64,000 bases of DNA from Spirochaetales bacterium (GCA_037142615.1 JBAXAI010000019.1:8878-72877), one strand, 5' to 3'; counted from the stretch's first letter, positions 1 to 9,065 are shown. Translations and numbers: made by a program. The notes: generated by a model not told the origin, from the letters alone.

Positions 1-1
1 T

Positions 2-172
2 CAGGCGGCACACGACCACTACGACCTGCGGTTCCTGGTCGAGGCCGACGACCGGGTGCCGTTGGTGATCAGCGATGAGAGTCACGACCTTGCCTGGGTC
101 AACCTGGCCGACCTTGCCCGCTACACCTCCGAGGCTTCGCAGCTCCGGATGGCAGCCAAAACCTCTGCGTAG
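2..172 (+). CDS. NUDIX hydrolase, C-terminal part (truncated by window edge)
   Basis: Frame from nt 2 reads QAAHDHYDLRFLVEADDRVPLVISDESHDLAWV...*; the HxHYDxRFL and SDESxDLAW motifs resemble NUDIX C-termini. Not in the ORF track. Confidence 0.6.
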   Translation, partial: QAAHDHYDLRFLVEADDRVPLVISDESHDLAWVNLADLARYTSEASQLRMAAKTSA

Positions 173-178
173 CCCGGT

Positions 179-922
179 CTATTTTCCGCGTTCGACGAAA
201 CGGTTAGACCCGCCGTCGCGCCCAAAGGCGAAGGGGTTCCAGGTTTCGGTGCCCACGATGTCTTTTCCCTCATATTTCTTGATGGCCCGGATGGCGAGCA
301 CGGTCAGAGGCGTGAAGACGACCTCCACCAGATTCTTGATCAGCCATTGGCTGACGATGAGACTGACCAACGCCGTGGCCGGAAAGACGCCGAAGAGCAC
401 CGCGACGCCGACGAAAATCGAGGTGTCGACCAGTTCGCCGACGATGGTGGACCCTATGGTTCTCAGCGGTAGCCAACGATGCCTGGGGTCCCAGTCCATC
501 ATCCAGATTTTCAGCGAGGCCAGCACCGAATCGTTGGCGAAACTGCCGAACCACGAACCCGCGAGGCTGGCCACCACGAGGCCTGGCACCTGGCCGAGCA
601 CGGCGCTGAACGCCTGCTGGTTGGTGAACTCAGGGCTGAAGGGCAGCGCGACCGAGGCCGTGTACAGACCTGCCGCCAAAAGGTTGGCGGCAAACGCGTA
701 CCAAACCACCCGCCTCGAAGCCGCATAGCCGTACACTTCGGTGAGCACGTCCGACAAAATGTAGGTAAAGGGAAACAGCAGCAGCGTGCCCACGTCGGTG
801 GTGACCGGCAGGCCCAACAGAGGGAACGAAAAGAACTTCTGCGAGATGATGTTCGACACCAGAACCAGACACACCGCCGCGGCGATGATCGGCTCCAAAA
901 GGCTGAAACGGGAACGGGTCAT
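179..922 (-). CDS. yhhQ: Queuosine precursor transporter (YhhQ/VUT family)
   Basis: Hydrophobic 247 aa with SNIISQK, FPFTYILSDVLTEVYG and RTIGSTIVGELVDT motifs; GGAG RBS. Confidence 0.9.
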   Translation of the reverse strand: MTRSRFSLLEPIIAAAVCLVLVSNIISQKFFSFPLLGLPVTTDVGTLLLFPFTYILSDVLTEVYGYAASRRVVWYAFAANLLAAGLYTASVALPFSPEFTNQQAFSAVLGQVPGLVVASLAGSWFGSFANDSVLASLKIWMMDWDPRHRWLPLRTIGSTIVGELVDTSIFVGVAVLFGVFPATALVSLIVSQWLIKNLVEVVFTPLTVLAIRAIKKYEGKDIVGTETWNPFAFGRDGGSNRFVERGK

Positions 923-928
923 AGAGGT

Positions 929-974
929 CTCCTGGTTTTCATTTGTTGCGCGCAGGAGGTCTGCGAACTGCGCG
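929..974 (-). ncRNA. Candidate preQ1 class I riboswitch
   Basis: Minus strand reads CGCGCAG-UUCGCAGACCUC-CUGCGCG (7-bp stem), then an A-rich tail ending AAAACCAGGAG (SD), directly upstream of yhhQ. Confidence 0.6.
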
Positions 975-1000
975 TTGCGGTCCTGTGAGCCAGAACCGGC

Positions 1001-1030
1001 TTGATCCTAGGCGCTTTGTCCCGGTATTGT
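1001..1030 (+). promoter_or_regulatory. sigma70 promoter for DMT transporter
   Basis: TTGATC-N18-TATTGT. Confidence 0.45.
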
Positions 1031-1054
1031 CAAACCTCACTCTGGAGGTCCGCC

Positions 1055-1954
1055 ATTCCATCCCACCCCCTGCGCTCGTCTATGGCCCTTTTTGGGGCCG
1101 CCCTCATTTGGGGCCTGGCTTTTGTCGCCCAGCGGGTGAGCCTCGACCATATCGGAGCCTTCACGTTCAACGGCCTTCGGTTTGCTCTCGGCGCGCTGTC
1201 GCTGTTGCCGCTCACGCTGCTCCTCAAACCTTCGGGAATCACCAAGGTACAGGCGGGCTGGAAGTCAGCGTTTTTGCCTGGCTTGCTTGCCGGGGTGGTC
1301 CTCTTTGCGGCGGCAAACCTTCAGCAGGTGGGCCTCATTTGGACCACGGCGGGCAAGGCCGCCTTTCTGACGGGGTTCTACATTCTGCTGGTGCCTCTGT
1401 TTGGCCTCTTCCTCAAGCGTCGCGGGCACCTGGGCGTCTGGATCGGCGCGGCGCTCGGTTTGGTCGGGCTCTATTTTCTCAGCGTCAGCGCCGCCTTCAC
1501 CGTCGAGCCCGGAGACTTGCTCGAGTTGGCCGGCGCCGTTTTCTGGGCCTGCCACATTCTGGTCATTGACCGCTTTGTCCCCCGCTTGGATCCACTCAAG
1601 CTTTCGGTGGTTCAGTTTGCCTTCTGCTCCCTCCTCAGCCTGACCGTAGGACTTTTTGTGGAACCTTGGTCGTGGTCGGGCCTGCAGGCGGGCCTGGTTC
1701 CTTTGCTGTACGCCGGCTTCGGTTCCGTGGGCATCGCCTACACACTTCAGGTGGTGGGGCAGAAGGGCGTCGCTCCGGGGCCGGCAGCGCTCATCCTCAG
1801 CCTCGAAACGGTGTTTGCGGCTTTGGGCGGTTGGCTGATGCTGAACGAACTCCTGGGTGCCCGCGAGCTGTTGGGATGCGCGTTGATGCTGGCCGGTATG
1901 GTGGCCGCTCAAGTGCGCTGGCGCCGCAGGAACGCAACTTCTTCCCAGACATGA
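1055..1954 (+). CDS. EamA/DMT family transporter
   Basis: About 10 TM segments; IWGxAFVAQ, LQQVGL..TTAGKAAF and AYTLQVVGQK motifs. Start uncertain (ATT 1055 after GGAGG, or ATG 1082). Confidence 0.9.
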   Translation: MPSHPLRSSMALFGAALIWGLAFVAQRVSLDHIGAFTFNGLRFALGALSLLPLTLLLKPSGITKVQAGWKSAFLPGLLAGVVLFAAANLQQVGLIWTTAGKAAFLTGFYILLVPLFGLFLKRRGHLGVWIGAALGLVGLYFLSVSAAFTVEPGDLLELAGAVFWACHILVIDRFVPRLDPLKLSVVQFAFCSLLSLTVGLFVEPWSWSGLQAGLVPLLYAGFGSVGIAYTLQVVGQKGVAPGPAALILSLETVFAALGGWLMLNELLGARELLGCALMLAGMVAAQVRWRRRNATSSQT

Positions 1955-1973
1955 TAAAACAGGAGAGTCAACG

Positions 1974-2480
1974 ATGCAGTATCGATTTGTGGACAAACAA
2001 GCTTTCGAGGCCGTGGGCTGGGCTTTGAGAGTTTCGACCGTTGGCGGCGAAAACTTCCGCGTGATTCCCGAGTTCTGGAACCAGAACCACGCGCAGGGTC
2101 GGGTGGCCGTCCTGGCCCAGGGCTGCAGTCCGCTCGGGGTTCTGGGCCTGTGCGCCGAGGCCGACCTTGCCAAACAGGAGTTCACCTACTTTATCGCTGT
2201 CGAGCAGCAGGTTGGGGTCACCTATCCAGAGGGAACCCGATCGGTCCGACTGGGCGCGGCCAAGTATGTGGTTTTCACGGCCATCGGCGCGATGCCCGAC
2301 GCCATCCAGAACGTTTGGAAGCAGGCGTTCGAAGAGTGGTTTCCCGCTTCGGGCTACGAACACGCCGGGACCCCTGACTTCGAGGTCTACCCCCCGTTTC
2401 CCGAAGGAGACCCGAGGGGCAATCCCGACAGTCCCGAAAACCTCAGCGAAGTTTGGATCCCGATCCGCCCGAAGGCCTGA
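1974..2480 (+). CDS. GyrI-like small-molecule-binding (AraC effector) domain protein
   Basis: IPEFW, KYVVFT, IQNVWKQAFEEWFPASGYE, PDFEVY and EVWIPI motifs; AGGAG RBS. Confidence 0.88.
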   Translation: MQYRFVDKQAFEAVGWALRVSTVGGENFRVIPEFWNQNHAQGRVAVLAQGCSPLGVLGLCAEADLAKQEFTYFIAVEQQVGVTYPEGTRSVRLGAAKYVVFTAIGAMPDAIQNVWKQAFEEWFPASGYEHAGTPDFEVYPPFPEGDPRGNPDSPENLSEVWIPIRPKA

Positions 2481-2492
2481 ACAGACCTTTGG

Positions 2493-3281
2493 CTAGTGCC
2501 GTGTTTCGGTGCTGGCAACCGGCGTCACCGGCAAGTCGCCGTCGTGCAGCTTGCGCTGAAACAGGTCGATTGCCATCCCGTAGGCAATACGGGCGTTCTC
2601 GGGGTCGTAGCGCAGGCCTTCGTCGCGCAGGAACGCGTGGGCACCGTTCACCTCGTGCCATTGGTAGTTTACCTCGGCGTCGTCGAGCCCCTTGTGAATC
2701 AGGTAGCGGCCCTCCTTGGGAATGTGCGGGTCCTGACGGCCAAAAATCATGAGCAATTCGCCCTTGATGTCCTTGATCCGGTCGAGCGAGTTGTCGTTCA
2801 TCCCCTTGCCCAGACCCCTCTTGTGAATGTCGGTGGGGTAAAAACACGTGGCGGCCAGGATCTCGGGGTTCATGGCGCAGCGAAAGGCGAGGTGACCGCC
2901 GATGCAAATGCCCAGCGTGCCGACCCGTCCCGTCGAGTGGGGGGAGGTTTTTAGGAACCGGATGACCGCCTTGGCGTCATCGTCGTAGCTTTGCAGTTCC
3001 TTGGTTGTCTTGTGCGCGTTGCCCCGTTCTGTGCCGGCGGTGTCGTAGGCAAGCACCGTGCCGGCGGGTTCCAGTTCGTGGTAGATTTCTGGACAGGCCA
3101 CCACAAACCCGTGGCCGGCGAACAGCGCCGCCGTGCGCCGGATAGGCCCCGTCAGCTGAAAGATTTCCGAGAACATCACAAGTCCCGGGTAGCGACCCGG
3201 GGCGGAAGGGCGAAAGACTGTCGTTCGCATCGGCCCGCGCGGGGTGTCGAGGTCGACGACTTCGGGTTCGGCAACGGTCAT
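2493..3281 (-). CDS. Dienelactone hydrolase family protein
   Basis: GICIGG nucleophile elbow, QDPHIP, HAF catalytic His. Confidence 0.92.
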   Translation of the reverse strand: MTVAEPEVVDLDTPRGPMRTTVFRPSAPGRYPGLVMFSEIFQLTGPIRRTAALFAGHGFVVACPEIYHELEPAGTVLAYDTAGTERGNAHKTTKELQSYDDDAKAVIRFLKTSPHSTGRVGTLGICIGGHLAFRCAMNPEILAATCFYPTDIHKRGLGKGMNDNSLDRIKDIKGELLMIFGRQDPHIPKEGRYLIHKGLDDAEVNYQWHEVNGAHAFLRDEGLRYDPENARIAYGMAIDLFQRKLHDGDLPVTPVASTETRH

Positions 3282-3296
3282 ATAAACTCCTTGAAA

Positions 3297-3308
3297 GGAG
3301 TATACTCC
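3297..3308. promoter_or_regulatory. Palindromic, possibly bidirectional -10 element between divergent genes
   Basis: GGAGTATACTCC gives TATACT on both strands within a 32-bp intergenic gap. Confidence 0.5.
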
Positions 3309-3313
3309 CCCGC

Positions 3314-4225
3314 ATGTTCCTGTACAGTCTTGTCAACCCGGGCTACGAGGCCCTGCTCAAGGCCGAAGTGGCTTTTCGGCATCCCGAGTTCACGCCGTCG
3401 TTCAGCCGCCCGGGCTACGTCACGTTCAAGGGACCGGCTTCGCACGGGGTACCGACGTTCTGGTTCGCCCGGGCTAACGGAGTGTTCTTGGCCAAGGGCA
3501 AGGCGGCCGACGCAAAGGCGCTGATTGACCAGCACAGCTCGGGCCGGGTGGTCCACTTTTTTGATCTGCTGATGAAAGCCGCCACCGGGGAACCTGCCGG
3601 ACCCGAGACCGAGATCCTGGACGTCGTGGACCTCGGCGATGGCGAGCTTTGGCTCGGTCACAGGACGGTCAAACCTTACCGGTGGTCAATTCCTGCTGGG
3701 TTGCCTTTGTTGGTCTTGCCGGTCCAAGCCCCTAGCCGGGCCTGGCTCAAGCTCGAAGAAGTGCTGTTGTGGTCGGGCTGGGCTCCCGAACCGACAACCG
3801 TCGCCGTCGAACTTGGTTCGGCCCCGGGCGGAGCCAGTTGGGCCCTGTTGCAACGCGGCGTTCAGTTAACGGGGGTGGATGTGGCCGCCATGAACGACGT
3901 ATGCCTCAGTCACCCGGGCTACACGCACGTGGCCCTGTCGGTGCGCGATCTGCGCAAAAAACATCTGCCGGTTCGTATCGATGCCCTGTTTTGTGACCTG
4001 GGTTTGAGCCCCGTCGAGGCGATTCCCCAACTACGCGAGCTCTGCCATCTCCATCCCGAAATCTCCCGGCTCTTCTATACGCTCAAGTGGGGAGAAGGGA
4101 TTCCGATGGCCACGCTCCAAAAGCATCTTGATGCGCTGCATACGCTTGGGTTCACCCTTCGCTGCACGCACTTGCCTTCCAACCGCGCCGAGCTGACCGT
4201 CGTCGGAACACGAAAACCCGCGTGA
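3314..4225 (+). CDS. RlmM/FtsJ-like SAM-dependent rRNA 2'-O-methyltransferase
   Basis: PSRAWLKLEE, ELGSAPGG (SAM binding), LFCD, TLK motifs. Confidence 0.8.
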   Translation: MFLYSLVNPGYEALLKAEVAFRHPEFTPSFSRPGYVTFKGPASHGVPTFWFARANGVFLAKGKAADAKALIDQHSSGRVVHFFDLLMKAATGEPAGPETEILDVVDLGDGELWLGHRTVKPYRWSIPAGLPLLVLPVQAPSRAWLKLEEVLLWSGWAPEPTTVAVELGSAPGGASWALLQRGVQLTGVDVAAMNDVCLSHPGYTHVALSVRDLRKKHLPVRIDALFCDLGLSPVEAIPQLRELCHLHPEISRLFYTLKWGEGIPMATLQKHLDALHTLGFTLRCTHLPSNRAELTVVGTRKPA

Positions 4226-4232
4226 AAGTGAC

Positions 4233-4261
4233 TTGTCAAGCCGATACAGAGGGTGTATTTT
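4233..4261 (+). promoter_or_regulatory. sigma70 promoter for small CxxC protein
   Basis: TTGTCA-N17-TATTTT, followed by GGGAGG RBS and ATG 4285. Confidence 0.55.
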
Positions 4262-4284
4262 GATCGTCACATCTGGGAGGGTGA

Positions 4285-4428
4285 ATGGAAACAACGGAAG
4301 AAAAGAAGAAGACCGTCAATCTCATCAAGTCTTGGGAGGACTGGGACGCCGATGACGACAAGGTCACCAACAGCGAAGGCAAAAAACTTTGCCTGATCGA
4401 AGACCCAGACTGCGAAGCCTGTCAGTAG
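4285..4428 (+). CDS. 47-aa acidic microprotein with C-terminal C-x6-CEACQ motif
   Basis: METTEEKKKTVNLIKSWEDWDADDDKVTNSEGKKLCLIEDPDCEACQ*; own promoter and RBS; below the ORF-track cutoff. Confidence 0.8.
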   Translation: METTEEKKKTVNLIKSWEDWDADDDKVTNSEGKKLCLIEDPDCEACQ

Positions 4429-4655
4429 CGGGCCTTTTTCATCAGCAGATTCTTGGCGGCCAGGGCCTGGGGCAGTAGCTCAGGCCTGACGCTGGCGAGA
4501 AACCCCGAAACCATCGCCAGGAGCGAGTTTCGGTACTCGTCGTGGCTGGCCGAGTTTTCCCAGGTCAGCCGTTCGAGAGCGGCAAACACCATCTTGTAGA
4601 AGGTCACATCCCGAGTCTGTTCCCGGCCCAAGGCCATCAGGTTTTCCAGTTCCAT
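4422..4655 (-). CDS. Hypothetical 77-aa helical protein
   Basis: 3' part of ORF 4422..5141 (MELENLMALG...); ATG 4655 preceded by AGGA; fills the gap downstream of the PP2C-like gene. Confidence 0.55.
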   Translation of the reverse strand: MELENLMALGREQTRDVTFYKMVFAALERLTWENSASHDEYRNSLLAMVSGFLASVRPELLPQALAAKNLLMKKARY

Positions 4656-4735
4656 GTCCTGCAATTGCACTGCTGTGTCTCCTGCGCTTTGGGGCCGCTC
4701 TTTCCTTGTCGGAAGAAACCCCCGACAAGATGACC

Positions 4736-5461
4736 CTACAAGCGCCGTTTCAACAGCCAGACCATCGAATAAGGAAAAGTGCGCGCCAAAGTTGCGTCTG
4801 GGTTCTCCATGTGGCGCAAGATCTTGGCGTTCAACACCGGATTCTGTGACCCTTTTTGGGGTTGATGTTCTCCCAGACACAGCAAGGCGTCGCCCGGTGC
4901 CAGGGTCAGTCGGTTGGCCTGGCAAACGGGGTCGAAGTCCTCGGCCGGGTGCGTACCCACCGAAGGCGTCGACGAGCCCCGGAGCATCATCTGCGAACGG
5001 GTTTCGTGCCGAAAAATGTGGTGCATTTTCCATCCCGGAGCACACAACGCTACTTCGCCGGTCGAAAAGGTGACCAAGCCGAGTTTGAGGCTGGCCCAGC
5101 CGGCCAGTTTCATCGTGTGCGTGAGGTCGTTCATATGGCACGCAAGAGCGCGAACGTCTTGGCGCTCCGCCTTGTCGCTCACGTGCCAGCGCGAAAAGTG
5201 GGCCAGAAAGAGGGCCGACAGCTGGGCACGGAACACGAGCGCGGTCAAGCCGTCACCGACCAGTTCGCCGATCAGGAAGGCAACGTGATCGCTATCGAGT
5301 TCGCGATGGAGGAAGAAGTTCTTTTCGTGCGCGGCATCGGGAAGCAGTTCTCCCGAAAATAGGTAGCCGGCCCTTTCAAGGGGCTCCAGCGTCGAGATAC
5401 GCTCGGGCGTCCAGCGGTCCAGCAATGCCTGATCCTGTTCTGTCATGTAAGCCTCACTCAA
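4736..5461 (-). CDS. Degenerate SpoIIE/PP2C-like domain protein
   Basis: Layout echoes SpoIIE (FLIGELVGDG vs IGDVSGHG; TLAPGDALLCLGEH vs LxPGDxLLLYTDG), with catalytic Asps missing. Confidence 0.6.
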   Translation of the reverse strand: MSEAYMTEQDQALLDRWTPERISTLEPLERAGYLFSGELLPDAAHEKNFFLHRELDSDHVAFLIGELVGDGLTALVFRAQLSALFLAHFSRWHVSDKAERQDVRALACHMNDLTHTMKLAGWASLKLGLVTFSTGEVALCAPGWKMHHIFRHETRSQMMLRGSSTPSVGTHPAEDFDPVCQANRLTLAPGDALLCLGEHQPQKGSQNPVLNAKILRHMENPDATLARTFPYSMVWLLKRRL

Positions 5462-6717
5462 CCATTATGGAACGTTTGAGGTCTTCGTGTCGACAGGCGT
5501 TCACGACGTTTTAAGAGAGATTCGCGCCAACTGGCGGGCCAGAGGGGGTGTGCGAGGCCCCCTTCGATCCAGTTCAACGCCGACGCAATGGCTTCGGGGC
5601 TTCCATCGCGATGTTCCAGCCACTTCAAGCCCTCTATCAGGGCCGGGAACGAACGGTTTTCGTGCCACAACTGCTCCCAAAGAGCCAAACAGCGCGGATC
5701 CCTCCGCCGCTTGAGGCGCTGAGCCCAGGCGAGCCCCAGGGCTTCGGTGCCTTGTTGTTCCCAAGCTGCCTCGAGGGCTTTCTCGCCGGCCTCGGTGGGC
5801 AGCAGGGCCAGCAGTCCCCAGAAATCGACCGGTATGGCCGGTGCGAGATCCGGGTGAAGCAGGCCTTCGGCCGCAAGCCTTGCCAGACCCCTTCGGGGTG
5901 ACAAAAGCCGGTGAGTGCCCACCCAGCGGGAGTCCTCGGGGCGACCCTTGAGCGCCGCCAGCAGGAGGTCGAGGCAGAGCAAGGAGTAAACATCCTGAGC
6001 ATGGTGACGCAGAACACCCTCGAGTGGTGCGGCAAAATTGGCCGCCGCGCCCTGCCTCAGGTAGTCGAACCACAGCGCCGGAACCAATGCACCGGGAACG
6101 TCATCGAGCCGATGGAGGCCGAGCACGCTGCGCTCCAGCTCCGATAGTTTGCAGGTGGGCAAGACCCGCTTCCACAGGCGTCGTGACATGTGCAGGTCGT
6201 CGTGGTGCTCCAGGTCTGGGAACTCACGGCCGGCGAGGGCCCATCGGCTGCGCAGCAGCGGCAGGTCGAACGAGGCCCCATTGAAGCTGACCAGCCCCTT
6301 AGCCGCGTGAAAAACGGGGTCCAGAGCCGCGATCATGTCGGGCTCGCCAGGAAGGTCGCGCAGGAACCATTGGGTCACCGTGACCTTCGGAAGTCGGCCA
6401 GTGCCTCCGGAGGGCCGCATCGAAGCCCAGCCGACCAAAAAGGCCACCGTTCCGGCTCCGCCCGACAAACCGGTCGTCTCAGTGTCAAAGCAGAGCCGAC
6501 CCTGCCAGTCGGCGGGCTCCAATCCGGGGCCCACCAGTTCCCAAAAGCCGACCTCCAACTCAAAGGTGAACTCACGCCACGCGACGAGGGGCGAAAACCA
6601 ACTCCAGCCGGTGGGGGCCTCCTCGTCCTCGGGCAAACGTTGCGGCGGCAGCAGGGTCTGGCTTTGGTCCGAAACCCGGCTTCGGGCCGCCTGAAGCTTC
6701 TCCCACAGGTCGCTCAT
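5458..6717 (-). CDS. YprB/MrfB-like DEDD (RNase H-like) exonuclease
   Basis: FDTETTGLSGGAGT, SFNGASFDLP and VLRHHAQDV motifs; coupled to the helicase upstream. Confidence 0.88.
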   Translation of the reverse strand: MSDLWEKLQAARSRVSDQSQTLLPPQRLPEDEEAPTGWSWFSPLVAWREFTFELEVGFWELVGPGLEPADWQGRLCFDTETTGLSGGAGTVAFLVGWASMRPSGGTGRLPKVTVTQWFLRDLPGEPDMIAALDPVFHAAKGLVSFNGASFDLPLLRSRWALAGREFPDLEHHDDLHMSRRLWKRVLPTCKLSELERSVLGLHRLDDVPGALVPALWFDYLRQGAAANFAAPLEGVLRHHAQDVYSLLCLDLLLAALKGRPEDSRWVGTHRLLSPRRGLARLAAEGLLHPDLAPAIPVDFWGLLALLPTEAGEKALEAAWEQQGTEALGLAWAQRLKRRRDPRCLALWEQLWHENRSFPALIEGLKWLEHRDGSPEAIASALNWIEGGLAHPLWPASWRESLLKRRERLSTRRPQTFHNG

Positions 6718-9044
6718 GTTCCGGGAGTCCCAGAACCGAGCCAGCCGTCAAGCAGCGCGAGCACGCCTTCCTTGGGGTTCAATCCCACTTCGTGCTCGGG
6801 ATCGCGGGGCCCAATACAGCTCGGACACCCTTCGCTGCACGGGCAGGCCCTCACCAGCGAGGCTCCCGCTGCCAGCACTTTGCCCAATTGGTCGGCCAGG
6901 CTTTCTGCCAGCCCCGAGCCTCCGGGTGACTGATCGTAGACGAAGATCGCCGGCTTGTCGAAATGGGGGTCCCTCAAGCGCTCGGATACGCCGAAATCTT
7001 GGCTCTGACACAGCAGAAAGGCCGGGGCCACGGCCTTCAACAGGTGGCCCATCCGGGCCATCGCGGGTCCCTTCAATTCTTCGGTCAGGGCCTCCAACGC
7101 GTCCGCCGCCGGGCCGCCTTCCAGGAGTAAGGTGAGGCTGCGGGTATGCATTTGCTCTTCGGGCAAGGCTACCTCGCCGTAGCCGATGTTTTCGTGGGTG
7201 TGGAACTTGAGTTTCTTGAAGCGGCTGACCTGACTGCGCACCAGGACGTCGCCGAGCACCAGCGTGCAACCGGGGCCGGGGAACCGGCGGTCCTCATGCA
7301 GCACTTTGAGGTCGGTCTTGACCACCGCATCGGTGTAGTAGTTGATTTCGCGTTCCTCGACGTAGCAACGGCGCTCCTGCAGGTCGAGTTCCAGCACGAG
7401 GAATTGCCGGTCGCGGTGCAGGTAAACGGCGTTCGGAAAGATCATTTCCTTGGCGCTCGGCCGGTCCATTTCGCCGAGAACCTGGTTCTTGCCGCCGGTG
7501 GTATCGATGATGACGATGTTCTCGGCCGTCGCGCTGCGCAGGCTCACGTTCTCGGCTGGGTAGGCAAGGCCCGACCAATACCAACGGCCCCCGGTGTGCC
7601 GCAGCGTGCCTTCTTCTTCCATCACCGCGAGGTAGGGGGTCACCTCAGGAAACCAGCGGTCCACCGTCGCGTTTGCACTTCCCTGGAACGGCAGTTCGAA
7701 GGCCGCACACTTGACGTGTTCCATCAGCACGTACGGGTTCTCCGGGTTGATGAAGGCCGCTTCGGGCGGGCGCTCGAGAAAATAGCGGTCGTTGGTCACC
7801 ATGTACTGGTCCAGGGGCGCAGAACTCGCGATGAGGATGGCCAGACTCTCGGTCTGCCTCCGCCCCGCACGGCCCGCCTGCTGCCACACCGAGCTCACAC
7901 TCCCCGGAAACCCTGCCAGAATCGCCACGTCCAGGCCGCCGATGTCGATGCCCAACTCGAGCGCGTTGGTGCTGACCACGCCCTGAATGGTGCCGTCGCG
8001 CAGGCCTTTTTCGATCTCGCGTCGCTCGTTGGGCAAGTAGCCGCCCCGGTAGCTTTCGACGCGGATCCGTTGGTTGTCGGTGTACAGGTTGTCGAGTTTG
8101 TCGTGAATGTAGCTGGCGATCAGTTCGACCCGAACCCGGCTGCGGGCAAAAACAATGGCCTTTTGTCCGCTCGTGAGCACTCGCACCGCGAGGGCCTGCG
8201 CTTCGTTGACCGTGCCACGCCGGATGCCCTGGACCCGGTCAACGAGCGGCGGGTTGTAGAGAACAAAGTGCCTGGCACCGGTTGGTGCGCCGGACTGGTC
8301 GATCAACTCGACCTCGAGTCCGAGCAGCTTTTGAGCGTGTTCCAGGGGATTGCCTATGGTGGCCGAGCACACGATGAACTGGGGGTGGGCCCCGTAGAAG
8401 GCCGCCACACGCTGAAGCCGGCGAAGCACATTGGCGACATGGCTGCCGAAAACTCCCCGGTAGGTGTGCACTTCATCGACCACGACGTAACGCAGGTTCT
8501 TGAGGAACTTGATCCATTTGGGGTGGTTGGGAAGAATGCCCGAGTGGAACATGTCAGGGTTACTGATGATGATCTGGCCGGTCTCCCTCGCGGAAGCCCG
8601 CAGGCTCGTGGGAGTGTCGCCGTCGTAGGTAGACACCTTGAGGCCCAAGTCGGCCCCGAGTGTCGTCTCGTTGAGCTCGCTCTGCTGGTCCTGACTCAGC
8701 GCTTTCGTCGGGAAGAGGTACAGCGCTCGGGCCTCGGGATTCTCGAGCAGCGTCTGCATCACCGGAAGGTTGTAACAAAGCGACTTGCCGCTGGCCGTCG
8801 GTGTCGCGACCAGCACATGCCGACCCGCTACCGAGGCCTCGAAGGCCCGCGCCTGATGGCTATAGAGCTGGGTCATTCCCCTCTGGCGAAGACCCGCCAC
8901 AAGCCTCGGGTCGAGACCCTTGGGAAAGGGAGAATAGACGCCTTCGCGGGCAGGAAAAGTGTGCCAAGTTTGAACCTGCGCCATGAACGTCGGGTCGGAA
9001 CGCAGGGATTCGATCAACTGGCTCTTGGCGACTGGAGAACTCAT
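6714..9044 (-). CDS. DEAH-box helicase with C-terminal DUF1998 Zn-binding domain (MrfA/YprA/Hrq1 family)
   Basis: PTASGKS, DEVH, SATI, TNALELGIDIG, QQAGRAGR; C-terminal CPCSEGCPSC. Confidence 0.93.
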   Translation of the reverse strand: MSSPVAKSQLIESLRSDPTFMAQVQTWHTFPAREGVYSPFPKGLDPRLVAGLRQRGMTQLYSHQARAFEASVAGRHVLVATPTASGKSLCYNLPVMQTLLENPEARALYLFPTKALSQDQQSELNETTLGADLGLKVSTYDGDTPTSLRASARETGQIIISNPDMFHSGILPNHPKWIKFLKNLRYVVVDEVHTYRGVFGSHVANVLRRLQRVAAFYGAHPQFIVCSATIGNPLEHAQKLLGLEVELIDQSGAPTGARHFVLYNPPLVDRVQGIRRGTVNEAQALAVRVLTSGQKAIVFARSRVRVELIASYIHDKLDNLYTDNQRIRVESYRGGYLPNERREIEKGLRDGTIQGVVSTNALELGIDIGGLDVAILAGFPGSVSSVWQQAGRAGRRQTESLAILIASSAPLDQYMVTNDRYFLERPPEAAFINPENPYVLMEHVKCAAFELPFQGSANATVDRWFPEVTPYLAVMEEEGTLRHTGGRWYWSGLAYPAENVSLRSATAENIVIIDTTGGKNQVLGEMDRPSAKEMIFPNAVYLHRDRQFLVLELDLQERRCYVEEREINYYTDAVVKTDLKVLHEDRRFPGPGCTLVLGDVLVRSQVSRFKKLKFHTHENIGYGEVALPEEQMHTRSLTLLLEGGPAADALEALTEELKGPAMARMGHLLKAVAPAFLLCQSQDFGVSERLRDPHFDKPAIFVYDQSPGGSGLAESLADQLGKVLAAGASLVRACPCSEGCPSCIGPRDPEHEVGLNPKEGVLALLDGWLGSGTPGT

Positions 9045-9065
9045 GCCGCCAGAATACACCAATCT

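Noticed and set aside
4656-5141. N-terminal extension of ORF 4422..5141
   Set aside because: Overlaps the PP2C-like gene in another frame and has shadow-like composition
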